A stretch of 64,000 nt of DNA, taken from contig NZ_CAURTC010000020.1 of NCBI RefSeq assembly GCF_963527835.1, positions 663 through 64,662 on the forward strand, given 5' to 3'. This document shows, one piece after another, positions 40,046 to 50,603 of the stretch. Origin of the DNA: an uncultured Clostridium sp. GTDB taxonomy: Bacteria; Bacillota; Clostridia; Clostridiales; Clostridiaceae. Position 1 is the stretch's first letter, and every line of letters starts with the position of its first letter. The translations under genes were made by a program, and so were the position numbers. The notes under the pieces were generated by a model that saw only the letters and a list, made by a program, of their open reading frames with translations, was not told where the DNA came from and did no database searches.

Positions 40046-41170
40046 ATGAGAGTTAGTAAACTCAAAAAAAAGAATATGGGTCAAATGGACTATGGGATAT
40101 TCTATAGCGTAGTTTTGCTATTAGCAGTTGGAGTTGTTATGGTATACTCTGCAAGTTCTTATTATGCTATGTTTAAAAACAATGATAGTATGTACTTTTT
40201 AAAAAGGCAACTTGTTTGGGCTGTTTTAGGAATGATAGTTTTATGTACAACAATGTCAATTGATTATCATAAAATTAAAAGATATACATTATGGCTTATG
40301 ATAGGGTGTATACCCCTATTGCTAGTTGTGTTTCTATTTCCAGGGGTAAATGGAGCTCAAAGATGGATTCAAATAGGTCCATTATCATTTCAACCATCTG
40401 AATTAGCTAAATATGTAGTGGTTTTATTTTTAGCTAAGTCCATAGAAATGAAAGGTGATGGAATAAAGAATTTTTCAACGGGTATTGTTCCATATTTATT
40501 TGTTTCAGGAATATATGCAGCTTTGGTATTAGCTGAGAAAAACTTAAGCATAGCATCTGTAATAATGATAGTTACATTTATTGTTCTTTTTTCAGCAGGA
40601 GGAAGAATAAAACACTTATTTGGCATAGTTGCGCCACTTATGGTAAGCGCAGCTGTTATATTTACTGTTGGAGAACCTTATAGAAGAGATAGAATGCTAA
40701 ATTTTATAGATCCGTGGAAAGACCCAATGGGAAATGGATATCAGCTGATTCAATCTTTTTATGCACTAGGTGCTGGAGGCATTACGGGCCTTGGTTTAGG
40801 TCAATCAAGACAAAAGACATTATATATGCCTGAACCACATAATGATTTTATATTTGCGATAATAGGAGAAGAATTAGGTCTTATTGGTTGTTTATGCATA
40901 ATAACACTTTTTATAGTCTTTATATGGAGAGGTATAAAAGTCGCTATGAGTGCAAAAGATACTTATGGAACTTTATTAGCAATCGGTATAACGTCTGTTA
41001 TTGCAGTACAATCGTTAATAAACATTGCAGTTGTAACTGGTTCTATGCCTGTTACAGGGGTACCTTTGCCATTTATTAGTTATGGAGGGACATCTCTGGT
41101 AATAAATATGGCGGCTATGGGGATTCTTTTAAATATATCGCGTCAGACAGAAGGAAAAAAAGATATTTAA
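40046..41170 (+). CDS. spoVE: SEDS protein SpoVE/FtsW
   Basis: FQPSELAK, PEPHNDFIF and LPFISYGGTS motifs. Confidence 0.88.
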   Translation: MRVSKLKKKNMGQMDYGIFYSVVLLLAVGVVMVYSASSYYAMFKNNDSMYFLKRQLVWAVLGMIVLCTTMSIDYHKIKRYTLWLMIGCIPLLLVVFLFPGVNGAQRWIQIGPLSFQPSELAKYVVVLFLAKSIEMKGDGIKNFSTGIVPYLFVSGIYAALVLAEKNLSIASVIMIVTFIVLFSAGGRIKHLFGIVAPLMVSAAVIFTVGEPYRRDRMLNFIDPWKDPMGNGYQLIQSFYALGAGGITGLGLGQSRQKTLYMPEPHNDFIFAIIGEELGLIGCLCIITLFIVFIWRGIKVAMSAKDTYGTLLAIGITSVIAVQSLINIAVVTGSMPVTGVPLPFISYGGTSLVINMAAMGILLNISRQTEGKKDI

Positions 41171-41173
41171 ATT

Positions 41174-41463
41174 AGGCTATGTTTTAAAATTATGCGTTGA
41201 CATATGCAATAGGTGAAGTGGTATTGTAATTAGACTTTGAGAATAGTTAAGTGAGAGTCGGAATTTTTATATTTCGTTCCTCGAACTTACTCAGCGACTA
41301 AAAGGAGTCGAGTTTCATTTTTAATTTACATTTACTGCTTATCCTAATTTTATATTGGGAGCAAGCTAAAATGGCACTATACTCATTTTTAGTATTCCTA
41401 AGTTCAATTGCTCAGTCCAGTTTACTTATGCATATATCAATACTTCCTAAAAACATATTCTTA
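41174..41463 (+). repeat. Intergenic repeat family, full-length reference copy F
   Basis: Begins 4 nt after the stop codon; nested IRs; highly similar to E and G. Confidence 0.93.
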
Positions 41464-41470
41464 AACAAAG

Positions 41471-41510
41471 ATAAGAGTCATAATTTTTTAATAATTATGA
41501 CTCTTATTTT
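41471..41510 (+). terminator. Terminator after spoVE plus repeat
   Basis: ataagagtcataatt/aattatgactcttat plus Ts. Confidence 0.85.
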
Positions 41511-41654
41511 ATTAAATTTTTCTTATTATGTAAAATCCATTAAAAAGTTGATGAAAATATTCAAACAAAGTGGTATTATTATATAAGAAATTTATTGAAG
41601 AAAAATTTAATTTTAAGATAAATTTTAAATATATATTTAAGTAGAGAAATAGGG

Positions 41655-42413
41655 ATGGGCATGGTAAAAAAAACGAATAAATATATTATGAAGTCTAAGC
41701 GTAAAAGAGTAATAAAAAAAATAATAATAACGCTTCTTTTTTTAATTATGGGAGTAATAATATTTGTTACTAAATCAAATGTTTTTATAGTAAAAAAGGT
41801 GGCAGTTACAGGTAATCCAATAATAACTGGTGAAGATGTAAAAGAGAGATGCGAAAAAGTACTTGGAGAAAATATCTTTTTTGTAAGCAAGTCTGATTTG
41901 ACAAAGGAAGCTAAAAAAAATCCTTATGTTGAGTCTGTAACTGTAACAAAAAAATTCCCTAAACAAATAAATATAAATATAGTAGAAAAAGAAGGAATTT
42001 ACTACATAGATGAGGGGAAAAATAAACTGATTTTAAGTAACAGATTAGTTTTGCTTGAAAGAACCGATGATTTAAGAGGAAGAAATTTAGTAGAAATAAA
42101 AGGAATTGAATATAAAGAAGGGGAAGTCGGAGAACGAGTTTTAGAGGATAATAGAATTAGTGAAATATTAACCACTTTTTATAATATAGTACGAAACAAT
42201 CCAACTGAATATAATATAAGTTCCATAGATCTTCGTGATTTAACTAACATTAAAGTATATATAGGCGAAGTAGAAGGAAGACTAGGAAATGATGAAAATT
42301 TATTAGATAAAATGAATAAAATAATTCATATTGTATCAAGTCCAGAGGTAGCAATGAATAAAGGGTATATAGATGTTAGTTTTGGAGGTTCACCTGTATA
42401 TTATCATGAATAG
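41655..42413 (+). CDS. ftsQ: Cell division protein FtsQ/DivIB
   Basis: TM plus POTRA (NPYVESVTVTKKFP); cluster position. Confidence 0.85.
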   Translation: MGMVKKTNKYIMKSKRKRVIKKIIITLLFLIMGVIIFVTKSNVFIVKKVAVTGNPIITGEDVKERCEKVLGENIFFVSKSDLTKEAKKNPYVESVTVTKKFPKQININIVEKEGIYYIDEGKNKLILSNRLVLLERTDDLRGRNLVEIKGIEYKEGEVGERVLEDNRISEILTTFYNIVRNNPTEYNISSIDLRDLTNIKVYIGEVEGRLGNDENLLDKMNKIIHIVSSPEVAMNKGYIDVSFGGSPVYYHE

Positions 42414-42428
42414 GAAAGGTAGGTAAAA

Positions 42429-43157
42429 ATGAAAATATCTAAATCACAAATTTTTGTAGCACTGGTATGTGCACTTTTAGGCTTTTTATTAGCATACCAA
42501 TTTAAGGTGTTATCTAATAAAAATGGTCCAACTGAAATAAGCAATTATGATAAAAATAATATTATTGCAGAATTAGAAAGCTTAAGAAAAGAAAAAGAAG
42601 AATTGCAAAAGTCAAATGGTGCAATATCAGAAGAACTTAAGGCACTAGAAGAATCAGCTTCTAAAGAAGGCGATTTAGGAAAAGAAATTAAAAATAAGTT
42701 AGACACTGCAAGAATGCATTTGGGTATAGTTGATGTTAAAGGACCAGGAGTAGTTATTACAATAACTCCTAAAACATCAATATTTGAATCTAATACTGGA
42801 GTAAGCGGAGTAAGTTTAGGGGAAGAAGAGCTTGTTCATATAGTAAATTTACTTTGGTATTCAGGAGCAGAAGCAATTTCTATAAATGATATACGAATAA
42901 CACCACAAACAGGTATAAAAGTAGCGGGTAATGGCATATCTATAGGTTCATCAGGAAGAATATATCCTAATGATAAGATAACTATAAATGTTATTGGGGA
43001 TAAAGGAAGATTAAATGTAGGAATATCATTTCCAGGATCTTTAGATTATGGAGCACTTCCTAATTATAATTGTGAAGTTAAACCAAGTGATGATATATTA
43101 ATTTTAAAAACAACTCAATCTATAAAGAATGAGTTTATAAAAGCAGTTAAAGAATAG
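42429..43157 (+). CDS. DUF881 family protein (YlxW/YlxX-like)
   Basis: VKGPGVVITI and GAEAISIND motifs. Confidence 0.85.
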   Translation: MKISKSQIFVALVCALLGFLLAYQFKVLSNKNGPTEISNYDKNNIIAELESLRKEKEELQKSNGAISEELKALEESASKEGDLGKEIKNKLDTARMHLGIVDVKGPGVVITITPKTSIFESNTGVSGVSLGEEELVHIVNLLWYSGAEAISINDIRITPQTGIKVAGNGISIGSSGRIYPNDKITINVIGDKGRLNVGISFPGSLDYGALPNYNCEVKPSDDILILKTTQSIKNEFIKAVKE

Positions 43158-43177
43158 TATTATAAGGAGGAAGAAAG

Positions 43178-43516
43178 TTGATTGCAATAATTGGTCTATT
43201 GATAGGAGTCATATTAGGTTTTGTATTTGATGTTAATATTTCTGAAAGTTTTTCACCATATATGTCAGTTGCAATACTTGCATGTTTAGATTCAGTCTTT
43301 GGTGCAGTAAGAGCGAACTTATCTAAGAATTTTCAAACAGATATATTTATATCAGGATTTTTTGGTAATGCATTGCTTGCAGCAGGCTTGGCATATCTTG
43401 GAGATAAACTTGGAATTCCTATATACATAGCTGCAGTAATAGTATTTGGTGGAAGAATTTTTAATAATTTTGCTATAATAAGAAGACTCCTATTGGAAAA
43501 ATTAAAATCGCGCTAA
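43178..43516 (+). CDS. sbp: Small basic protein (DUF1290)
   Basis: AILACLDSVFG and FGGRIFNNFAIIRR motifs. Confidence 0.88.
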   Translation: MIAIIGLLIGVILGFVFDVNISESFSPYMSVAILACLDSVFGAVRANLSKNFQTDIFISGFFGNALLAAGLAYLGDKLGIPIYIAAVIVFGGRIFNNFAIIRRLLLEKLKSR

Positions 43517-43529
43517 AGTAGGTGAAATT

Positions 43530-44261
43530 GTGAATAAAAGTAAGCAGACATTCCTTATTTTTCTTACGACTTTAATTTTAGGAATTTCAATTTCAACAAA
43601 TATTAATCTTGGAGAAATACAATCATTTGTAGAGCTAAATGCTAAGCAATATAAAGATGCTATAGAAGAACGAGCTAATTTGTATAAAGAAATAGGAAAT
43701 TTAAAAGAAAATAATAGTGAAATTAAAGATAAAATTAATGACTATATGAAAGAAGACGAAAAGAACGATAAAATTCTTGAAGATATGAAAGCGCAAATTT
43801 TAGACTATGAATTATTTGTAGGTTCAAGTCAAGTTGAAGGGCCTGGAATAGTATTAAAAATAAATGATGCAAGTATTAATTTAGAACAAGACTCACAGTT
43901 TGAAGTGGCGGATAAAATATTTCATGATAATGATATGGCATTAGTTTTAAATGAGTTACGAAAAGCAGGGGCAGAAGCTATTAGTGTTAATAATCATAGG
44001 GTGATTCCATGGACAGGAGTAATATGCAATTGGGCTTTTATAGGATTTGATGATAACACCATGGAGTCAGCTCCGTTTAGTATATATGCAATTGGAGATC
44101 CAGAAAAGCTAAAGACGGCATTATTAGAAGATGGAAGTCACGTGAAAGAACTTATAATTAGAAATCTTTATGTAGAAATAGAAGAAAAAGATAAAATAAC
44201 ATTACTCCCAAGTAGAGCTGGCAATGAGATTGAATTTATGAAAAGATACGAAAATAATTAA
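43530..44261 (+). CDS. DUF881 family protein
   Basis: VEGPGIVL and NELRKAGAEAISVN motifs. Confidence 0.85.
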   Translation: MNKSKQTFLIFLTTLILGISISTNINLGEIQSFVELNAKQYKDAIEERANLYKEIGNLKENNSEIKDKINDYMKEDEKNDKILEDMKAQILDYELFVGSSQVEGPGIVLKINDASINLEQDSQFEVADKIFHDNDMALVLNELRKAGAEAISVNNHRVIPWTGVICNWAFIGFDDNTMESAPFSIYAIGDPEKLKTALLEDGSHVKELIIRNLYVEIEEKDKITLLPSRAGNEIEFMKRYENN

Positions 44262-44298
44262 AAAAAATTAAAAAACTTTAATTTTAATACACTTTATT

Positions 44299-44327
44299 AA
44301 AGGAAATTTAATTTTTATAGAGAATAA
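44299..44327 (+). promoter_or_regulatory. SigH-type promoter of the ylmE-sepF-divIVA operon
   Basis: AGGA-17-GAAT, nearly identical to the mraZ promoter. Confidence 0.65.
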
Positions 44328-44361
44328 TATTAAAGAGAATAATAAGTAAAAGGAGTAGACT

Positions 44362-45036
44362 ATGGGCATTAAGGAAAATATAGAAAAGCTAAAATTAGAA
44401 ATTCCTAACAATGTAGAGCTCCTGGCTGTTTCTAAAACCAAACCTATAGAGGATTTAAAACAAGCATATGAAGCAGGAATTAGAGATTTTGGTGAAAATA
44501 AAGTACAAGAACTTGTTAGTAAGGAAGAAAATCTTCCAAAGGATATAAGGTGGCATCTAATAGGTAAACTTCAAACTAATAAAGTCAAATATTTAGTGGA
44601 TAAAGTTTACTTAATACATTCTTTGTCTAGTATAAAACTTTTGAATGAAATTGAAAGAGTTTTTGAAAAAAATAATACAGTAGCAAATGTACTAATTCAA
44701 ATAAATATTGGTAGAGAAGAAAGCAAGAGTGGAATATTAAAAGAAGAATTACCAGACATGATAGAAGCTATTGAAACATGTAATCATGTATTAGCTAAAG
44801 GCATCATGGTTATTATTCCTAAAGGTGATGAAAAAAATAATAGAAAATACTTTAAGGAAACGAAGGAAATATTCGATTATTTAAAAGTAAGGGAATATAG
44901 GAATATAAAAATGGAAGTACTTTCTATGGGGATGACTCATGATTTCAATGAGGCAATAGAAGAAGGTTCTACCTTGGTGAGAATTGGACAGGGAATATTT
45001 GGAGAAAGAAATTATAGTACAGGAGGAGAAAAATAA
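44362..45036 (+). CDS. yggS: PLP homeostasis protein YggS/YlmE
   Basis: [20 protein letters not shown] and VRIG motifs. Confidence 0.93.
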   Translation: MGIKENIEKLKLEIPNNVELLAVSKTKPIEDLKQAYEAGIRDFGENKVQELVSKEENLPKDIRWHLIGKLQTNKVKYLVDKVYLIHSLSSIKLLNEIERVFEKNNTVANVLIQINIGREESKSGILKEELPDMIEAIETCNHVLAKGIMVIIPKGDEKNNRKYFKETKEIFDYLKVREYRNIKMEVLSMGMTHDFNEAIEEGSTLVRIGQGIFGERNYSTGGEK

Positions 45037-45497
45037 TGAGTAATGTATTAACAAAAATGAAGTCATTTTTAGGATTAGGGGACGAAGAATATGATGAATA
45101 TGATGAATATGATGAAAATTATGAAGATTCAGAAGATGATGATGCAGAAGACATGATAGAACCTGTTATCACAAATAAAAAGAATAGCAAGGTTGTAAAT
45201 ATTCATACATCACCAACAACAAAAGTAACAATAACAAAACCGGTTGATTACGAAGAAGCAACTGAAATTTGTGATGCTTTAAAAAACAGAAGAATAGTCT
45301 TAGTAAACACTACTTTATTAGAATTAAAAATAGCACAAAGATTATTAGATTTTATAAGTGGTTCTTGCTATGCTTTAGGCGGGGAGCTTCAACAAATAGA
45401 AAAAGGTGTTTATATCCTTTCTCCATCAAATGTAGAAGTAACTAATGAGTTAAAGAATGAATTAAGTTCAAAAGCTTTGTTTAACTGGTCAAAATAG
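45036..45497 (+). CDS. sepF: Cell division protein SepF
   Basis: [10 protein letters not shown]...LGG motif. Confidence 0.93.
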   Translation: MSNVLTKMKSFLGLGDEEYDEYDEYDENYEDSEDDDAEDMIEPVITNKKNSKVVNIHTSPTTKVTITKPVDYEEATEICDALKNRRIVLVNTTLLELKIAQRLLDFISGSCYALGGELQQIEKGVYILSPSNVEVTNELKNELSSKALFNWSK

Positions 45498-45505
45498 GAG
45501 GAAAC

Positions 45506-45772
45506 ATGGTATTTATTATTGGGAATTTTATTAGTACACTTTTTAGAATATTAGAATTAGCTATACTAATAGAATGTATATCTTCTTGGATTTCTCCAGG
45601 AAAGCAAAATCAATTCCTTAATATAATAAGTAACTTTACTTATCCAGTGCTAGAACCATTTAGAAAGCTTCAATATAAGTTTATGCCAAATATGATGGTG
45701 GATTTTTCACCTATTTTTGCAATTTTTGCATTAGACATAATTAAGGCTATTATATTATCTATAATATATTAA
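45506..45772 (+). CDS. ylmG: YggT/YlmG membrane protein
   Basis: T.PVLEPFR and DFSPI motifs. Confidence 0.88.
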   Translation: MVFIIGNFISTLFRILELAILIECISSWISPGKQNQFLNIISNFTYPVLEPFRKLQYKFMPNMMVDFSPIFAIFALDIIKAIILSIIY

Positions 45773-45774
45773 TT

Positions 45775-46539
45775 ATGAAAGAAAAAATAATTAATTACTT
45801 CTCAGAAGAGGATAAAATTGAAGCATTAAACTTATATGAAAAATATATTCTAGCATTAGATAAGGACATACCTGTTTTTGGGAATTATTTTTATTCACCA
45901 AAGATGTGGAAATGGTTTAAGGAAAATTGTGAAACTGGAAAATTTAAAGTTACTTGTGAAGGTATTTTTAAGGACTGTGAAAGAAAGATGATTTCATTTA
46001 ATAATATTTATGATAGTCCTTTTCCTATAAAATTACTTAAAGTTGAAGGAAAATCTAAGTTTTCCAATTTAGAGCATAAAGATTTTTTAGGTGGAATCTT
46101 GTCACTAGGAATAGAAAGAAATAAAATCGGAGATTTAATAGTTGAAGATAATGTATGTTATTTACCCATTCATGAAGACATAGTGAAGTTTCTATTATCT
46201 AATGTTGATAAAATTGGAAAGACTCCTTGTCGTATTACTGAAATACAAAATGAGGGAGACTTTCCACAAATAAAATTTAAAGAGGATGTTATTTTAGTTT
46301 CTTCTTTAAGAATTGATGGGATTGTTTCAAAAATATCTAAGTTATCTAGAGCAAAAGCTCAAATGTTAGTAGATCAAGGTCAAGTTTTAATTGATTATAC
46401 TAAGATTAAAGATAAAAGTTATGAAGTTAAAATTAATGAAAGAATTGTTATAAGAGGAATTGGAAAATTCATTATAGGAGAAGTTATTGGAAGCAGCAAA
46501 AGCGGAAAATATAAACTGATTATAAAAAAATATACATAG
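45775..46539 (+). CDS. ylmH: YlmH S4-domain RNA-binding protein
   Basis: HKDFLGGILSLGIER..IGD and SLRIDG motifs. Confidence 0.9.
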   Translation: MKEKIINYFSEEDKIEALNLYEKYILALDKDIPVFGNYFYSPKMWKWFKENCETGKFKVTCEGIFKDCERKMISFNNIYDSPFPIKLLKVEGKSKFSNLEHKDFLGGILSLGIERNKIGDLIVEDNVCYLPIHEDIVKFLLSNVDKIGKTPCRITEIQNEGDFPQIKFKEDVILVSSLRIDGIVSKISKLSRAKAQMLVDQGQVLIDYTKIKDKSYEVKINERIVIRGIGKFIIGEVIGSSKSGKYKLIIKKYT

Positions 46540-46552
46540 TTGAGGTGAGTTT

Positions 46553-47173
46553 ATGAAATTAACACCAATGGATATAACAAATAAAGAATTTAAAAAAGGA
46601 TTAAGAGGATATAACGTAGAAGAGGTTGATGAATTTCTAGATGAAATAGTAGAAAACTACGAAGAGTTATATAAGGAACATTCTAATTTAAAAGAAAAGT
46701 TAACAAATATGCAAGAAAAAGTTGATCATTATTCACAAATAGAGACAACAATTCAAAATACATTAGTTTTAGCACAAAATGCAGCAGAACAAGCTAAGAG
46801 TAGTGCACAAAAAGAAGCAGAGCTAGTACTTAAAAATGCAAATGAAACTGCTCAAAAAGTTCTTGATAAATCTCATAATGATGTTATTGGCATTAATGAT
46901 GAATATGAAAGAGTTAAACAAGAATTTATTAAATTTAGAGCAAAATATAGAAATTTCATGAATACTCAACTTGAAACTTTTGATGATCTAGAAAAAGATT
47001 TTATAAAAAATTACAATGTTTCAGAACCTATTGATGATGGTGATATGAAAGAAAAAGACATTGTTGATCAAGAAGTAGCAGTAGAAATTTCAGATGATGA
47101 TTTGATCGATTACGATAAAAATTCACTTACTGAGGATTTAAGCGAAATAAAAAGCTTTTTTGCTAAGGAGTAA
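46553..47173 (+). CDS. divIVA: DivIVA
   Basis: LTPMDITNKEF...RGYNVEEVDEFLD. Confidence 0.93.
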   Translation: MKLTPMDITNKEFKKGLRGYNVEEVDEFLDEIVENYEELYKEHSNLKEKLTNMQEKVDHYSQIETTIQNTLVLAQNAAEQAKSSAQKEAELVLKNANETAQKVLDKSHNDVIGINDEYERVKQEFIKFRAKYRNFMNTQLETFDDLEKDFIKNYNVSEPIDDGDMKEKDIVDQEVAVEISDDDLIDYDKNSLTEDLSEIKSFFAKE

Positions 47174-47197
47174 AATTTATATTACGTAAGTCTATTT

Positions 47198-47241
47198 TAC
47201 CTTTAAATTGTTATGTATAATTGCAGTTTAAAGGTATTTTT
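47198..47241 (+). terminator. Terminator after divIVA
   Basis: tacctttaaattg/cagtttaaaggta plus Ts. Confidence 0.75.
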
Positions 47242-47450
47242 ATTTATTATATTAAAACATAATCTAATGATAAAAAGGAAAAAGTGTTTAAATGATAAGA
47301 GTTAACATATTATAATGTGAAGATTCTATTGTATGAATAAAAAACATACAGTCATTGTAGCAGATTTGGTAATATGTATATATATTTGTTGAGTAATATA
47401 TAAGATTATATTATAATATTGAGAGAATATTTACAGAAAGGCTATTATTT

Positions 47451-48359
47451 ATGGAAGAAAATATTTTAACAGTAAGTAAAGAGAATGAGGGAACTAGAAT
47501 AGATAAATATTTAAGTGAAATATTAAATGGAAAATCTCGTTCTTTTGTTCAAGGCCTTATTGAAAAAGAAAACATTAAGGTAAATGGTGAATTAATTAAA
47601 AGCAATTATAAATTAAAAGCTTGTGATGAAATAGTAATAACAATACCAGAAGCTGAAACTTTAAAAGTTGAATCTGAAAATATAGATTTACATATATTGT
47701 ATGAAGATAAGGATATAATAGTAGTTAATAAAGAACAAGGAATGGTTGTTCATCCTGCACCGGGCAACTACAATGGAACCCTAGTAAATGCATTATTATT
47801 TCATTGTACTGACTTATCTAGTATAAATGGAGTCATAAGACCAGGAATAGTACATAGGATAGATAAAGATACTTCAGGAGTATTAGTAATAGCTAAAAAT
47901 GATGAGTCTCATAATAAATTAGCAGCTCAACTTAAAGATCATTCAATGAATAGGGAATATTATGCTCTAGTAGAAGGTAGGTTTAAGAATGATTCTGGCA
48001 TTATAGATAAGCCTTTAGGAAGAGATAAAAAAAATAGATTAAAAATTGCAATAACTCAAGATGGAAGAAGAGCAGTAACTCATTATGAAGTTTTAGAAAG
48101 ATATGATGTAGGATATACACTAATAAAATGTAAACTTGAAACAGGTAGAACCCATCAAATAAGAGTACACATGGCATCACTTGGGCATCCTTTAGTTGGA
48201 GACCCTCTTTATGGATTTAAAAAACAAAGATTTAAATTAAAGGGACAAATGCTACATGCTAAAAAGTTAGGATTTATACATCCAACTAAAAATGAATATA
48301 TGGAGTTTGTAACTGAATTACCACAATATTTTGAAGAAATATTACAAAGATTAAGATAA
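47451..48359 (+). CDS. rluD: RluA/RluD family pseudouridine synthase
   Basis: S4 domain; HRIDKDTSG and TGRTHQIRVH motifs. Confidence 0.88.
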   Translation: MEENILTVSKENEGTRIDKYLSEILNGKSRSFVQGLIEKENIKVNGELIKSNYKLKACDEIVITIPEAETLKVESENIDLHILYEDKDIIVVNKEQGMVVHPAPGNYNGTLVNALLFHCTDLSSINGVIRPGIVHRIDKDTSGVLVIAKNDESHNKLAAQLKDHSMNREYYALVEGRFKNDSGIIDKPLGRDKKNRLKIAITQDGRRAVTHYEVLERYDVGYTLIKCKLETGRTHQIRVHMASLGHPLVGDPLYGFKKQRFKLKGQMLHAKKLGFIHPTKNEYMEFVTELPQYFEEILQRLR

Positions 48360-48374
48360 AATATAAGAGTATAG

Positions 48375-48929
<555 letters not shown>

Positions 48930-48957
48930 TAGATGAATTTTATAAAAGGAGCAAAAT

Positions 48958-50118
48958 ATGTATAATTTAATTGCAACAAGTACGTTTGGTATAGAAAGCA
49001 TAACAGCTAAAGAACTAAGAGCGCTTGGTTATGAAGACTTAGAAATTGAAAATGGAAAAGTAACATTTGAAGGAGATGAAATGGATATAGCTATAGCTAA
49101 TGTTCATTTAAGAACTGCGGATAGGGTATTAATTAAAATGGCTGAATTTGAAGCAACATCTTTTGAAGAACTTTTCCAAGGAACTAAGAATGTAAAATGG
49201 CATGAAATAATACCTAAAGATGGAATTATGCATGTTGTAGGAAAATCTGTAAAATCAACACTACATAGTGTACCGGATTGTCAATCTATAGTAAAAAAAG
49301 CTGTAATTGATAGTATGAGTGAACATTATGGTATTGAAACATTCAGCGAAAGTGGCTCTACATATAAAATAGAAGTGGCTATTTTAAAAGACAAGGTAAC
49401 ATTAACAATAGATACCACTGGTCCTGGATTACATAAAAGAGGATATAGAGAACTTGCTGGAATAGCACCATTAAAAGAAACATTAGCAGCATCAATGCTT
49501 TTACTTTCAAGATGGAATGATAAGTTTGAACTTGTAGATCCATTTTGTGGCTCAGGAACTATACTTATAGAAGCTGCTATGATAGCATTAAATATAGCAC
49601 CAGGATGTAATAGAAATTTTGTGGCAGAAGAGTGGTCTGATGATATAAGAAACACATTTGCTATGGTTAAAGATGGAGCTAAAAAAGCAGTTAAAGATAA
49701 AGAAATAGATTTAATAGGATATGATATAGATTATAGAGTTTTAAAAGTTGCTATGGACAATGCTGAAAAAGCAGGAGTTTCTAAGTATATAAAATTCCAA
49801 AAGAGAGATTTTATGGACTTTTCAAGTTCTAAAAAGCATGGATTCATGATATCAAATCCACCATACGGTGAAAGAATAGGTGAAAAAGAATTATTAGAGC
49901 CTCTTTATAAGTACATGGGTCAAATGAAGAGAAAACTTAATGAATGGGACTTTAATATTTTAACGTCTATTGAAGGATTTGAAAAATTATTAGGAGTAAA
50001 ATCTACTAAAAATAGAAAGTTATATAATGGAACAATTAGATGCTATTATTATCAATATTTTGATAATATAAAAATTAAAAATCCAGGTGACACATTAATC
50101 AATGAATTAATGGACTAA
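48958..50118 (+). CDS. THUMP-domain rRNA methyltransferase (RlmL/YpsC-like)
   Basis: LHKRGYR, DPFCGSGT and NPPYGER motifs. Confidence 0.9.
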   Translation: MYNLIATSTFGIESITAKELRALGYEDLEIENGKVTFEGDEMDIAIANVHLRTADRVLIKMAEFEATSFEELFQGTKNVKWHEIIPKDGIMHVVGKSVKSTLHSVPDCQSIVKKAVIDSMSEHYGIETFSESGSTYKIEVAILKDKVTLTIDTTGPGLHKRGYRELAGIAPLKETLAASMLLLSRWNDKFELVDPFCGSGTILIEAAMIALNIAPGCNRNFVAEEWSDDIRNTFAMVKDGAKKAVKDKEIDLIGYDIDYRVLKVAMDNAEKAGVSKYIKFQKRDFMDFSSSKKHGFMISNPPYGERIGEKELLEPLYKYMGQMKRKLNEWDFNILTSIEGFEKLLGVKSTKNRKLYNGTIRCYYYQYFDNIKIKNPGDTLINELMD

Positions 50119-50135
50119 ATATATATTTTAAATAA

Positions 50136-50403
50136 AGGTTATGTTAAAAAAATGTTGATATATGCAATAGGAAAAGTGGCATTGTAATTGGACTTTGAGA
50201 ATAGTTAAGTGAGAGTCGGAATTTTTATATTTCGTTCCTCGAACTTACTCAGCGACTAAAAGGAGTCGAGTTTCATTTTTAATTCATATTTACTGCTTGT
50301 AACAATTTTACATTGGGAGCAAGCTAAAATAGGACTATACTCATTTTAGTATTCCTAAGTCCACTTTGCTTATGCATATATCAACACTTTGCTAAAATAT
50401 AGT
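50136..50403 (+). repeat. Intergenic repeat family, copy G (13-nt deletion near the right end)
   Basis: Highly similar to E and F; lacks tcaattactcagt. Confidence 0.93.
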
Positions 50404-50409
50404 ATAAGT

Positions 50410-50452
50410 AAAAAACGATAACTCAAAGTTAATTTTTGGTTATCGTTTTTTT
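50410..50452. terminator. Bidirectional terminator
   Basis: aaaaaacgataac/gttatcgttttttt. Confidence 0.85.
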
Positions 50453-50603
50453 GTTTATAAAATTGTAGAATTTTTGAAGACTTTTAATCAAAACGTTCAT
50501 TAAGCTACTTTTAATTAAAAAAGTATGACACATCCATTCTGTTCTTTAAATAGTATCCAGAAAATTATATGATTATAAGAATTCAATCCGTGAATAGCTT
50601 AAT

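Noticed and set aside
41371..41586. 71-aa ORF, and the ORFs at 13519-13756
   Set aside because: They run through repeat copies and terminators with no convincing RBS; likely spurious repeat-derived frames
38929..44261. Absence of murD, murG, ftsA and ftsZ from the dcw cluster
   Set aside because: To my knowledge this split arrangement is usual in Clostridium sensu stricto; the genes are presumably elsewhere
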